Below are positions 44,376-58,126 of a stretch of DNA of 64,000 bases, piece by piece (positions within the stretch are counted from its first letter, which is position 1; each line of letters begins with the position of its first letter). Location of the stretch: NCBI GenBank assembly GCA_010015585.1, contig ML975153.1; one strand, 5' to 3'. Made by a program: the position numbers and the translations under genes. The notes under the pieces were generated by a model. The model made no database searches. It was not told the origin of the DNA and saw only the letters and a program-made list of their open reading frames with translations. The DNA is from Eremomyces bilateralis CBS 781.70. Taxonomy: Eukaryota.

Positions 44376-44772
44376 GGTTGAATGTGAACATATTTATGTC
44401 TCTGACATGATTTTGATTATGATACCCGGGTTTGGATTCATGTTTCTATAATTGTGATATGAGTTCAATGTTGTTAGGAAGTACGGTAACATGTATAGGT
44501 TGACCTTGTACAAACCACTCTTAAATAGCAATCATAAAGGAGCAGCAACTCATTTTCCGATATCATATAAGTTACTACAACCGAAATAACCTCCGTGGTG
44601 AAGATTAATATCCCACCTTTGACGTCAGGCGTCGACTGTCGTTCACGTGAGTTCGCGAAACCGCGCGCTGTCGCCTGGAGAGAAGCGCGTCTTTCTCCTC
44701 GGTCTCCACCGCAGCACTTTAGACCGGAGCTTTTGCTCGTGCATCCAGCAACGGCTGTAACGGACAACCAAC

Positions 44773-47448
44773 ATGTGGACGCTGGAGAGTACCGGCGACC
44801 TTTTCGGAGGTAATATCAGCTGCGACATCTCTCCATATCCCCGAACTAACGATTTGGCAGGTCGGCAAATATGGCTTCGTCCAGGAACAAAGCATTTGTT
44901 CGGACGGACTAAACCTCCGCAGGGTGAAGGCAGTCCTATTGAACGTAAGAATCCGAAGATATAGTGGCATGGGAGCACGTGGTTCTGACCGAAAGCAGGC
45001 AATCACTATATCGACAACAAGTCCGTTTCGCGCAAGCACATAGTAATCGAAGTCCAGACCGTGCACCCAGGAGCAGCTGTACGTAGAGTCCTGTCCATAC
45101 CACACTATCTTCGAGTCGCTAAGGAATACAGACCTCTCTTCGATCGAGATCGAAGATTACAGTCACGGACACATCCAAAGTCGGTACCAAGGTGGACGAG
45201 GACAAGTTCTCTGGAAGTTCAAGAGAGCTATCGAATCATGAGCACCGTATCCAGCTCGGTCTCTATGATCAGGCATTCATGTACGTTTCCTCAGTTGCGG
45301 AGTACCAATGATATATGCTGATAAATCCCCAGTGTCAAGTGGCAGCCCGTCGTCATCACCTTTATTTCCTACCCCAAGTCGCTGAAGAATAACCCCGATC
45401 CCTTCAAGATCATGCAGGAGCGACTTGAACCCCTCGATATCAAGATTACCCGCGAATATGTTGTAGGATCGACTACGCATATCGTCTCGAACAAGCGGAA
45501 CATTGCGACAGGCCTCCAGGCTCTCATCAACGGGTCCTACATTGTGACGGACAGTTTTGTCGACGCAGTGATGGAAGCTGCTCAGGCTCCCGCCGATGCA
45601 TCCGATCCAGATTCCGATTTTCTACTCGACAATGACTTCTCCAACATGCCAAACCCAATGAAATACATGCCGCCGGCCGGTAAAGAACCCATTCCTCGAC
45701 CGCCGGAGTATTTCAAGCCCAACCCGGCACGGGCGGACATCTTCAGCGGATATACGTTCATATTCTCGAACAGCACCCAATTTAAGTCTCTCGGTGAAGT
45801 GGTCAATACGGGCGGCGGAAAAGCGTTTGAGTTTGAACTAAAACCGCAAGTGTCAACCGTGCAGGACTTTATTACGTATGTCGCCAACATCGCCGGCGAA
45901 AAGGGGTTGAGTAGCATCCGCAATTTCAAGTCCGGAAAGGGCATTGTCATTGTTCGAAACAAGGATAACGATTCCTGGACTAGTTCCTGGCAACGACAAG
46001 TTGAGGCGGAACTGAAGCAGGAAGCTCTAAATCAGAATGCGTTGCTTGAAATTATCCTAACCATTAACCCCAGCGTTTTGAGGAAACCTCTGACCGCTGG
46101 TATTGAGGTCCCTTCCAGCTTCCCAGCTCCTCCAAGCTCCAGTATGTCATCTGTTCTGCTGTGTTTCTTGTATATGCTAACGTCCATAGCGCAACCAAGC
46201 CAGAGATATATCTCGCAGCCGTCTGCGCAATCCAGTCGACAAACTCAAGTCGAGTCTGAGAGTGTGGAGATGAAAACCGAATCACAACCGCGTCGTCGAC
46301 CACCAAGGAAGCTCGTCACCCAGAGCCGCTTCACAGGGTTTGATGATTATAAACCGGAGCCGCGTTCCATGGTCCCAGAGCCAGAAGAGGACAGTCTCAT
46401 TCCGGACTCTGTACCGGACGCGGACGTGGAATCTGAAGCCCAATCTGTGGATCATATGGAGATTCAACCGGTAGGGACTCGATCTCGGAAACGAAAGGCA
46501 TCCCCGGTCGAAGGAGACAAGGGAGATCTAGTCGATGAGCTTCTGTCCGGTACGGCCGCTATGAAACGGCGTCGACTTGCGCAAGGCGTGGAAGGGGGTG
46601 CAAAGTCACGCACACGCGCTCAGTCGATTTCGCGAGAAGAAAGCTCCGGCCGCACTAGCCTCTTCAAGAAGAAAAAGAAGGACGTGGAGATCGACGTCCT
46701 CGAGTCCGCGCGAGAACGACGGGAGGCAGAGGAAGAGGTGGGTCGACTCGATGCGGAGGCGTTACACAGTGCGATGGAGGGGATGGACATCGAGGCGATC
46801 AGAAGCTTAGTGCAAGTGGAGGAGATGTTGATCCAACCACGCGCGAACAAGCCAGCTCCGGCCAGCGGTGACCGGTGGGACGACCGGTGGGACGGGCGGA
46901 GGAATTTCAAGAAGTTTCGGAAGGTGGGGGGGCAGGCTCCGATGCGCGGATCGAAGATCATCGTGCCACTGGAGGAAGTGAAACGGAAGGAATATGGGAT
47001 GGGGCAGGACTACTTTTTCGAGGAGAACAGCGGTGCCAGGCCACCGATCCCAGCGGGCAGCACTTTCGAGCGGACCCAGGATTCTCTACCCACCGGTCAA
47101 CAACAGAGCAAACACCCAGCGGCATCTCCACGTGACGGGAGCGAAGCGCCGCGCAATGCCGCGACAGTCGATCTGACGTTCGAAGATGACTATCAAGACA
47201 CGATGGAGGTGCCCGAGTCGCCGCAGACGGTGGCGTCCGAGACGCAGCGATCGAAACGGAGCACGAAGGGTACGCAGACATCGACGACTCAGGCGTCAAC
47301 ATCAAAAGCTGCGAAGAAGAGACCAGCAGAGGCGGAGCCGCCGAGGCCGCCGCCTATGAAGAAAGCGAGGGCGGTGGCTAGAGCGAGGAGTCCGGATGAG
47401 AGTGAGGGTGAGGATGACTTGCGGTTCAAATTTCGGAAGAGGAGGTGA
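44773..47448 (+). CDS. nbs1: Nbs1/Xrs2 (nibrin), MRN complex subunit
   Basis: Multi-exon. N-terminal FHA domain (WLRPGTKHLFGRT...SVSRKH), BRCT region, Mre11-binding RNFKKFRK and C-terminal acidic DDLRFKF motif. Confidence 0.88.
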
Positions 47449-47914
47449 GCGTTATTATGCCCAAGAACATGTGCAGAGCGGCTTCTCTGCAATGGGATAT
47501 ACCGGATGGTTCTTCACGTGTGCTGAAATTTCTCCCCATAACTTATAATATGAACAGGGGCAACACAATGGGTAATCCAGGCGTGATGATATATGAAACA
47601 CATATATAAGCTGCTGCCTTTTATAGCAATCACTGCATTGCCGTCCATGACACCTCCGTCGTTTGACGAATGAAAAATGTATCCCGAAACCCCAAACTAT
47701 CTTCCCCAGTAGTCATCAATTCCTCGGCTCGAGCTCATGAGCAAAACAACATCAATGCCTATCACTGTGACTTTTCAACCAACATAATCCCCATAAACCC
47801 CCTAGATCCCTTCACACATCCCCCCTCTCCTCAAAATCAGGGCTCGCCATCCTCCGTACGCTCTTCTCCGGCATCATCGACATTCCGCTCCTCCGCTCCC
47901 CTTGCACTCCCATC

Positions 47915-50900
47915 TCAAGAAACCCACCCCGATCGCCCAGCGTCGAGGGATGATATCCTCCCGACAACCCCTGTACCATGAGGTGGTGGTGACCGCTTCT
48001 CGCGATAGGCGAGGGGGATGTGGTGGGGGTCGTGGGAGAGGCCTAGGGTGGAACGGAGGGGAGGAGAGGGTGGGTGAGAGGGTGGGGCGGGGAAGTGGGA
48101 GAGGGAGGGGGCCATTGGAGGAGGCGGAGGGTGGGAGTGAGTGTAGGATAATGGAGCGGAGGAGGAGTATTGCGGAAGGGGATGTTGCATTGGGGGAGGA
48201 GTGTGCCCTTGTTGAGGGGCGCTGTTGTATTGGGAGGGTGGCATTGCGTATTGCTGCCGCGGAGGTTGCTGAGAGGGGTAAGGATGGGCGGGTTGCATGT
48301 TGCGCTGCGCCGACGATTGCGACTGGTGGTGTTGGTAGGCGGCATATGGATGGCTGAAGTTGTAGCTCGGATTTGGTGGCGGTGCGCCTGGCATCGCCGA
48401 GTGTGGATGTTGGGGATGCATGGTATGCGCTTGAGGAGATCCGATCTCTTGCGAAGACAGCGCTGTGGTCGCTCCTGAAGGCGGAATTCCGCTTGGGTCT
48501 CGATACGTCATGGTTGGGCTCAGTGCTGTTCCCACTGCTGGAGATGTTGGGAACGTATATCCCCCACTCGTTATGTTCCTCTGGCTTGCTTGCATAGCCA
48601 CCTGGACACTCGGGCTTAAACAGGCTGAAGTAGCAGTTGGACTACTCATCTTCGCGCTCCGCTGGATGCTTCGTCCGTCTAGCTCACTGATCTGGTCGCC
48701 CTCCTCGGACAGCTCGTAGCCGAATACACCATGCAAGCCTCGTTTGTCGGCGTAAACATGTGCTTGGCCAGAATTACCAGCGCTGTCATCTACCCACAAG
48801 AGGCGACGTGTCCAGCACCAGCTGCGGGTCTGGATGGCTTCAATGGCGCGGAACGGATGAGATTCATTTCTTCTGGGTGTCGCGGAATCCCTAGTAGGCG
48901 GCCAGGGCGGGCAGCCAGTGAGGGGCGGGCTGAGGAAGTAGGAGACGCCTTGGGTATATCGTAGTGGTGAGACATCGACGGAGATGGTGGACAGGACTTG
49001 CAAGATGCCGTATAGAAGAAGCCAACGGCCGAGACGAGCTTCGCCTGGAGGAAGGTTTCCGTTCTGAGGCGACTTTTCGAACGATGACAGAGAGTCAAGC
49101 AAGGTGTTTTCTATACAAGCAGTCAGCTTGAAGCGCTTATACCTCCATATTCAAATATGTTACCTTCAAAAGTCGTTCCCAACCTGTTGATATTGGTCGC
49201 TCCATTGAACGCCAAACTTATCTGGAACTGTTCCTTTGGATCCTTCACCGTTACTGCTTTCCCCTTCTTAAACCCTCCGAACGAACCCAAGAACTTGTTC
49301 TTTGCCCCTTTCTTTTCATTCCCATTCAATCCAGTCTCGCCATGCAGCGAGGCCCGTGACACCGGGAGTAATGGGAGTGGATGGGGGATATGGAGGTAAT
49401 CTTTGCGTAGGTCCCAGGACACGACCATATCCGTGAATGGGAAGCCGCCAACATCAGCATCGAATGACCCTGACCGTGGCTTTGTTGAAACGATCTGCCA
49501 TTTACGGGACGGGCGCATTTCGTCCGCGTCCCACGCCGCATTGCGATCCACGAGATAGTCATACATGGCGCCGAAATCTTCTTGTAATCGCAGGGCAATG
49601 GTCCTGGACAACCAGCTCGCTCGGCCATCAGGATTGTTTTGCGTGATCCCAGAGTTGCCCCTCGGCCGATTTGCGCTTGATGGGGGAGGAGGCCATTCCC
49701 CATACGTGCGTTGGTAGAACTGCCAGAGAAAGAATTGGAAGTTCCGGAACGCAAGCAGGGCGGGATGGTCTTTCGAGACATGCCCTGCAGATTGGGTTCC
49801 TAGTAAGTTCGTGTACATGTCAGTGAAATCGAAATTTGTGAGCTGTTCTTCGGCACTCAGCACGCGGAGCTGGAGGGAGTTGTATGCATTTACGAGATTG
49901 TGCCGAGTAACAGGCGAGATTTGCTTGAATGCTGCTGAATGGATCGTGTCTTCGGTCATCATACCGACGGTATGTACGAAAGCCTCGACGAATCCTTCTT
50001 CCCATCGGACGGTTTCCTGTTCGCACCATGCCAGTAATCCTAGCGCGGCGTCCAGATTGCCACGAACATCGTCAAGCTTTCGGTCCGCAAGATAGTTCAC
50101 GACCATATCTACCGAGTTCCGCCGCTGGGACGGGTCGTTCAACTCGTAGTAGTTATCCATAACCGTCTGTAGGTCGGACAACATCTGCAAATACTCCTCC
50201 CCCACGATAGGCTTTCCGTACAGCAGGGCGATGAAATTCCTAGTCGCGATATGATGTCTCCGTAAGATTTGCGGAGACGTTTTCAGATGCGCCGGGGCCG
50301 GGAACCATATCTCATGAGTGATTTCGGCTTGTTCATTACTTCGCGCTGCCGTGGATGCAATGTCGCTTGCGGCTGAAGACAGCGGAGGAGTGTACTCGTT
50401 AAAACCGCGGAAATTGCGAGCACTGGGAGTCTGACTGGCCGACGACCGTGTCGTTCGAACAGTCGAGCCGCGTAGTAAGGTCGAACCAGATATTCGCTCC
50501 CCTGCCTGCCAGGGGCTGGATTCTTCTTCCTCGTCCAGAAAGCCGAGATTGGTTTTAGTCAGTGGATAGGAGGGATTTGGTGCTACGATTTGTGGAGCGG
50601 TCGAACTGGATCGGCTAGAGGGTGGCGTTATCTCCTGCTCTTGGTATATCTCGCCATACTTTAACAAGTTGACCAAGAACACCGACTTGGCCTGCTCCAG
50701 TACAGAAACATGGACTCGCAACGTCGGCGCTGCATCCACTTCGGATGTTTCCTCACTGAAGTAGACAAAGCAGTCCCCGCTTGTCATCCACATCTCGGAA
50801 TCATTCTCAAATCCTTTGTATTGCTGGGGTGCACGCCCATTGCCGACCCACAGCTTAATCCCTGACCATGTTATGTTCCGAATCGTCGCGGTTGTCTGAG

Positions 50901-51339
50901 GGCGATGGACATCTGATATTAATTCCCATCCTGTTGGACTGGCAAGGTCGGCCGTGTTCCTCCCTCCTCCAGTGCCCGTACTTGAGGATGCTTTCGTAGG
51001 GACACCTCCGCGTCTTCCTCGTGGTGCCGAGGATTCCTTTTTCCCCTCAGCTTTGTACCTCTCGTCCTCCTTTAAGCGGATGCTGACTTTACTGCGGCCG
51101 CTCTCACTCGGTGCACGAGAGCCACCGGGAGAGGGGCTGTCCACACTTCCATGACCGTGAGAGTGGCCACTGGGTCGTGTAGTTGTTTGGGAAGTAGACG
51201 AACGGCGTACAGGAGACCCCCAACCGCTTGAGGAGCGACTTTTGAACGAATCGGCGAAATCCTTGGCGGCCTGTTTCTTTTCTTTCTTTTCTATTTGCTT
51301 CTCAACGACCTTCCTGCTCCGTGCCCCTCGTGCAGCCAT
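47915..51339 (-). CDS. Conserved fungal hypothetical protein with a Pro/His/Gln-rich tail
   Basis: ORFs 49123..51339 and 47915..49102 are joined by a short intron. Motifs MWMTSGDCFVYF, HIATRNFIALLYGKPIVG, EAFVHTVGM and ARLGRWLLLYGILQVLS...YFLSPPLTGCPPW. The 3' end is uncertain. Confidence 0.7.
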
Positions 51340-54263
51340 TGGTGAATTCTGACCCCGAGCCCACTACGGTATGTTCTTGAAGACTAGGAGCTTCAACTCT
51401 GGCCTTCGGGTTCCAAAGGAGCAACCTAATAGGAATCGGTCCTGCCGTGGAACCACACCACGATCGTCAAACGAGGAGCATCTGGTGCCACGATATTAGA
51501 CAGAGTTCGTAACAGATAGATGGATCGCTTAGGACGTGGACAAGCTTCCTAAGTCCGAGGATGAATTCGAACCGTATCCTAGAGTTTTGCACGATTTGAC
51601 GGTTTATAATTCGGGCAGTTGAACCCCGCAACCGTTATCAATATCAGCCCAGACCTGTATATTCGCCGATCTTTTGTGGGTAAGGGTCTAAATGGAACGA
51701 CGGACGGGAATAGGCAATCGGCAGTTCTGGAATATCATAGAATGCCAAAATTTCGAGAAATCGCAAGGAGTTGTGAGAGCGCCAAAGATTCGGAGGTATA
51801 GCCTGATATATGTATGCAGCACCAGCTCATCGACCTAGGACAGCCTTGCAGATTGGACATGCAAATGAGCGACTCTGTTTGGGTTCAGCCGCAGGGAAGC
51901 CTGTCGGGCAACATGAATAAGGAAATTGCCTTCCCAGGACTAAAAAATACACAACAAAGGGAGGGACAGGATTGCAACAAATTTCAAATACCAAGAAAAG
52001 GTTTGCGAGGACTGCCAATGTGGTTAAGGGACGTCAATGCAAAACAGACGCGACGTACTAAGTACGGGATGCGGAGGTGGATATGAAGACTCCGGACTGA
52101 CCACGACTGAAACGCGATGGCAGACCAGAAAGCCGGTCGGTTCAAGATCCTTGCGGGGATCTGGACAGTATCAGGAAGGTTCAAAGTCTAACCTTGTCAA
52201 CACATGGTTAGCCTTGATATAAAAGAAGGAGGTGTGATCGGTGGTTCTGTTTCTAATTCAGACCCTCAAGGATGTTATGTATTGGGATAAAGAGCTCGTC
52301 GTCTGTTCCTGCATCTGCTTGCCGTGTGGGTCGCATCATCGCCGAAAGGATCGAGAAAGGCTTCCAGAGACCAGATGTCTCCCAATCCACAGCATGGGAA
52401 ATGAGTGGCGTCCCTCCGACTGGGGGATCTTAATGTTATCAGTGGTTCATAAAATACATACGTACGATTCCGTAATGCAACAGATAAGAATGTCGTTTCT
52501 CCAACTGCACAAGCAAATGCTGACGGACTGTTGCATTATTGTTCAGCCACAAAGGTCCTTTGTATACGCAGAACCAATTTTTGCCGTCATGTCTGACCAC
52601 ACAGGTTGCTGACTGGCTTGTCTGGTCTCTCCATGTCTTGCGTGCTGGTTGCAGAATTGATTGCGGACCAGCCGTTCACTGACAGCCTGGATTATGTTTG
52701 GCGAAAATCAGACGGCGGGAACCATTGGGCAGGGGTTGCAGGGGCCGCATACTCAGCGCTTCCACGTTCGAGCCAGGATTTGTTGCCTGGCTACTGGATA
52801 GGCGGTCCTGGAGGCTAGAAAGTCGGAAGGTCAGTGGTACTACCATATTGTACTATGTAGAGATACTGGAAAATGGAAGCGGATCCCCTAGAGCCTTGGG
52901 GGCCTGAGAGCTGATCTGGTTGACTCCTCGACTCCACGATCGCGATCACAGGCCACGAATTGCAAATCTATGGAGCTATAACAGGACCGAGATATCTTTT
53001 AGGTGCAGATCGTGATTCCCAATCATCATTTAATACCACCAATGTATCTACATTGGTGGTTCGTGGACTCTGGAGAGGACAATTCCTAGCTGGTGAGATG
53101 GTTGGTGGTCGACATCTGTCCACGCTAGCCAATGTGCATGGTCTACCCTGTTGGCAGTATTAGAACAACCCTAGAACGATCGATAACGATCGAGCTCCCC
53201 AATGGCTGGGAATGCGGAACAAGATTGTGTGGTTACTACAAGTCCTATTTGGACAGGGCCTCATTTGGGAGCACGACAGGCCAGAAGTAAGACTCGGGAT
53301 GGACAAGACGCGGATAGGGGAGTTTTGAAGCAGCAGACAGCTACTTCGTGATGTCCGTTCTCTCCTCTCAGCCATCTTTTCATGTTGAGGTTCTGCGGAG
53401 ATATATGCTCGCTCGACATGTCTTCCTTGCATGCGCAAAAGAAACTCTCAGGTTGCTCTGTGATAACAGTCCAGGACTTCCTGCGTCGGGATTGCGAGAG
53501 TAATACAAAGTGCGAGACTGCCCAAAGACCATGGGATTTCAGGCTACCTTGATCCTTCAACATTCCTCTATGAGTTGAGCTCTACTCGCCTAAAGTCGAA
53601 GTCGATTGGTTACAGGGCATTCCGTCTCCCAAGTGAGGGTGTACGTTATAAGTCGACATAGGAGAGTCATGTGTTGTATATACATGAAATGAATCACGCC
53701 ACGCATGCCAGTAATGTTAATATTCAAGCCATTCCTTCAATCCTTCTACGAATGAACAAACACAACGGGACCTAAGTCCTGAAGCTCTAACTGTTTAGGC
53801 TCAAACAACCCATTATTCCGCCGCAATTATATCAGTTACGGCCTCCCCTTGCTTCGTTTGTAACGGCATGCAACAACATCGGAATTGAAAGCATAGCAAC
53901 TTTCAAATGCTGGGGCCTATTCAGACCTGCCTTCTCTGCAACCGACAGTTCTGCACAGCTAAAGAAAGTCAACCTGCCTAAGTTTTCAGGTTTATGACCA
54001 TGACCTGGTCACAGAGATATATGGATGCTAAGTGTTGACACGGTCATTCAACAATGGACAGTTGACTCATGTCTGGGTCTCAACGCTGGTTGGACCTTGC
54101 TACCGGAACAAGGTCTAGGAATGAGTTAAGGTCCTTGAGGAGGAAAGGGAGGACAACCAGCATATATATATGGAGGAAATAGTGACTTTCATCCCCTCTC
54201 GTTTTCTGCTGTCTTATTAACGGAATTGAGACTTGCTTCGTTAGAGCTCACCACAGTTCCTCA

Positions 54264-56365
54264 TCACATTGAGCGTGGATGGATGATCGGGACCCAGCGC
54301 TTCTTCGTACCCCTGTACCATAGCGCTCGCATGTACTTCAGAGCAAGCTTCGCCATATCCTGACTCCATTCTTGATTCAGAACATGCCTCGTCCACGAGT
54401 GTACACAACTATGCATGCTGTAGCCTCTTGACTCTACTAACTCTTGCGATGACGAGTCCGCCTCTACTAGTCCGTGATTACACAACACTCGAATCGCGTT
54501 ATTAAAGCTCATTTCGTCTTTAGTGAGCTCACGGATCCACTCTGGATCCCCGGAGTCGCTGTGCCGAAGAAGCTCGAACCAGATGTCCTGGTTATTAAAG
54601 TATGCCCACAGCTGAAGAAGCTGGGCCGGAAGTCTGTTCTGTCGTTGAACGTGCTTAAAGGAGGTCTCCCATGTAGAGTATAGCATACGATCCTCATATG
54701 AGCTTAGCTCGGGGCTTGCCTGCTGCAAGTTCAACCATGATTCCTTATATAGACGGAGATAGCGGGCTAAACTGATCGTCACTTGATCGAGGTATGCTCC
54801 AGCTGTGGCTAAGGTGAGAGGAAGTCCATCTAGCTCTTTGATACGCTTCATGGCGTCAGGATCTATTATTCGTATTAAAATCATATTTGCAAGTCTCGTC
54901 TGTCTCACCTTTGTTTAGCCCTTCTCGTCTTGACGCCTTCGACAAGATTTCTAGGCTATCCTGTGCGTTCTCCAGTTTTCGGACTGGTATGCGATAACCG
55001 ACTATGACCCGTGATGACCGTGTGGTAATGATGATCGATCCTTGGTATGATTCGGGGAGGAACTTTCGGATAACTAATGCCTTGATATCTGAATCGCCTG
55101 GCAATTTAGGATTATCGTAGTTATCAAATATTACCAACAATCTCGTACTCTTTGAAAGACTCAGTCACCCCTTAACAGCTTCCACTACTTCGTCAACGCT
55201 CCCTTCCAAATCCACACCGCTTAGACACTTGGCAGAGGGATTTTCTTGTCGTATCCTCCTAGCAGCATTGCCAAAGCTCTGCTTCAAAGAATCTTCATCT
55301 TTAGCGTTGAGCCAGAACACAGCGGAGTAGCTGTCTCGATACCGCTTCGCATAGGCGACCGCGAGCTGCGTTTTGCCGATTCCTTCCAGACCATGAAGAA
55401 CTGCGATGCGACGGCTGCCATCACCACTGAGTACCGTATGTATTTCTATAAACTCCATCTCTCTTGCAACAAAGTGCTCTGTCTCTGAGATATCAGCAAG
55501 ACTAAAGCTAATAGAGGAATCGTTGATCTGATCGCCTATTCTAATCAGTTGTGTCCTAGCTCCTGCATTCATCGGTTGCGATCTGAGAAGATGTATGAGA
55601 CGATGACATACCCTTCGATGCTCTTTCAATCTCCACCCGCAGCCGTCTGAATGCACCCTCTCTCCCTTCTCCATAGATTAAGGGCATATTAATGCCGAAA
55701 ATCCCCCAGTAACGAGTAAACTTTATCTTCCTTTTTCGTAGTCTCGCGATTTTTCGCCCATGACAGTCGCTCTGCCTCTCTGAATTGAATGAGTGCCCCC
55801 CCTCGAAGGGCTCCGACTGGAATTCCGGTGATTTCGCGAATCTGTAGCTCGAGCGATCTCTTGCTTCCCAGCTTCTCACCCTCTTTTGAGAAAAATTCAA
55901 CCGATTCCGGAGCAATCGGCTCTTGAAGTGCCCAACCCCGAGTGAACCATCGACTTTTCCGAAAGGCCGACTTCCAAGTCGAGTGATGCAAGCCGTCCCC
56001 GTCGTTCTTTCCAGCGTTCCGTATCGAAACGTCCGATAGATAGACGTAGCATTTCCCTGCATTATGGTACCACTGAAACATGGAGTTGATAGCTTCGGAG
56101 AGCTCCGTATTATTTCGTTTATCGATACAGCAGGTATCCACCCAGAAGTACTCCAAGCCATCACGAGCTGCCTGTTCTCCACAGAACTCGATCTTCTTAT
56201 AACCCGTCTTATTCTTTCCCGTACTTTCGACGAACTCTTCGAACCTTACTTCCTCACCATCCGTCCATGTATGCGAGAGTATAGCATACTTTTGGGGAAT
56301 CTTCTCGTCACAAAATCTTCCGTCACACAGAGCTCGCCGTTGGGGTTACGCTTCAGGAGACGCAT
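54264..56365 (-). pseudogene. HET-NB-ARC-TPR fungal NLR pseudogene
   Basis: MRLL...YAILSHTW, YFWVDTCCIDK...ELSEAINSMFQWY and SRWFTRGW (HET); HGLEGIGKTQLA P-loop, IFDNYDN, GSIIITTR and LDGLPL (NB-ARC); a truncated TPR (LGPDHPSTL). Several frameshifts. Confidence 0.88.
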
Positions 56366-56634
56366 CGCTCTAGCTTGGACTTGAAAACGCTCGCGGAAGT
56401 GAAACCACTAATAGTGCCATACATTCTTTTTTGTTTGGGAAGAAATAAAGGCGATAACATGCAGTGGTGGACTTGGAAATGCAGATAAGGCTGGTATGGG
56501 GCAGTGCAAGAGGGTTGAGCTTGGCAGGAGAATGAACTCGCATGAACAGCGCCAGTCAATTCTCAGCACAAAAAGATACAAACCCGTCAGCCACGGAGCA
56601 CAGCCATATAAAGGCTACCCCCGTAGCCGTGATT

Positions 56635-57580
56635 GTGCCGACGCATCGATTAACGGACATTCTACCTACACTCGCGACTCCATCTCCCGCCCTCACTTAC
56701 CGAGATAATCAGGGGCGGTGGCGAAGACAGTATCTACGCCAAAATACGGCCGCGGAAAGACATTTCGAGGCCGGAACGTTAGACGACGATGTGGTCTTCG
56801 GGGGCAGGCGCATTCCTCGTGATTGAAATCCTCGACTCTGTAGAGATCTGGGCAACAGACGAGAAGGATAGCTGTACCTTCGAACTCCGGGACGAACATT
56901 CACGTCCTCTTCCTCGTCCGGGAAGCGAGTCTCTTGAAGAGTCTAGACACTCTGCATGGAAGCTACTTTAGATCTTAGGCCCAGCATCAGTACGAACAGA
57001 ATAATGAGCGAGTTAAGAAATGAAAGCAGGAACTCTAAAAGTGAAGGAAGAATTCGAGGGAGAGGGGGCCAATTTGATAGCTGTTCCTATCTCTTTTTAT
57101 AGATATTCATCGTCATCGATCTCCTCCATAACCAGGCTTTGCATTTTACCAGTCTCGGACGATAGAGAGGTGACTCTGCGCCAGCCTCGTTTTCGTCCCT
57201 TCCTCATTCGCGGGAACAGCTGAGACCTTTGTCCGTAGAGTCATGGCTGCTAATGTAGAAAGAAACCAAGCGGTCATTGTTGGTCGAATTCGGGGGATGT
57301 CGCTCCTAAGTAGCTTGATACAGGATTATGATCACGATCAGGATTCCGGAAGCAATATTCCGATCATGCAGGAAGCGCTACCGAATGAAAGCCCGGCGGT
57401 GCAAACCCTTTGTTAGGGCAAGAAGGATTAAAGAATCTAAATTAATGGTATCGTGGACGGGCGGGAGGTTTAGTATCGTGAAAGATTTGGTGTATCGTGA
57501 TGGGGAGAACCGGTGGGTACGGACAGATGGCGCTATACCAAGTCTGGCGGCGCTATGCCAAAGGAGGCAACTAGCCAAGG
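56635..57580 (-). pseudogene. Second degenerate copy of the unknown family at 3150-4055
   Basis: Colinear nucleotide similarity, e.g. GTGGACGGGCGGGAGGTTT at 3931 and 57453, and TATCGTGAAAGATTT in both copies. Shared peptides TRFP..EEDV, CPD and DHIVV..SGLEMSF. Confidence 0.7.
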
Positions 57581-58005
57581 TAGGCTCGTCGATGGCGAGA
57601 AGATGCTCCAGCGTGCCTCACGAAGAATGCCGCGCCAAAAGAGTGTAGACGGCTAGCTCCCCTCTTACAGCGGTTTATTCTCGCGTCAGCCTCTGAATAT
57701 ATTAGCGCTCGTTCGCAGTCTCATAAACTCTGCTTCCTTCCTACTCCTCTCTGCTCACGCCTACCCGCCACGAATTCTGCACGACAGCGTGCCGCCCCTT
57801 TGCGTAGTAGTTAACAGTAAAGGCGGCGATGCGGTAATAGAAAGACTCACCCAATCGTTTTTCTCGCTCGGTGCATCCCGCCAGGCTGTGCTGTAGATGG
57901 AGCTTCAGCAAGGAAGCGCAGAAGGGAAAAGGGAACTGGCAAGAGAGGGAACAGAACCATCTCACTGGCACGCCAGGGCGAGTATTAAAGTATAGGGCGA
58001 TGCCG

Positions 58006-58126
58006 GGTTACTAACTAACTAGTTAACTTAACTTAGTTAGTTAGTTAACTTAACTTAAGTTAGTTAACTTAACTTAGTTAACTAACTTAAGTTAGTTATC
58101 TCTTACCTATCGTTAGTTAGTTAACC
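58006..58126. repeat. TAAC/GTTA low-complexity, quasi-palindromic array
   Basis: Built almost entirely of TAAC, TTAAC and GTTA units in alternating orientation. Starts GGTTA and ends TAACC. Confidence 0.85.

Noticed and set aside
51400..54000. Short ORFs in the long intergenic region (also 8300-9700, 17200-17900, 21300-22900, 25000-25700)
   Set aside because: No motifs, codon bias or consistent splice structure were recognised.
54033..54255. LTR-like TG...CA segment truncating the NLR pseudogene
   Set aside because: No TSD and no second copy; boundaries are ambiguous.
56362..58003. GCATCGCTCTA / TAGGGCGATGC as a TIR pair
   Set aside because: The two sequences face outward, and the first is simply the start-codon context of the HET gene.
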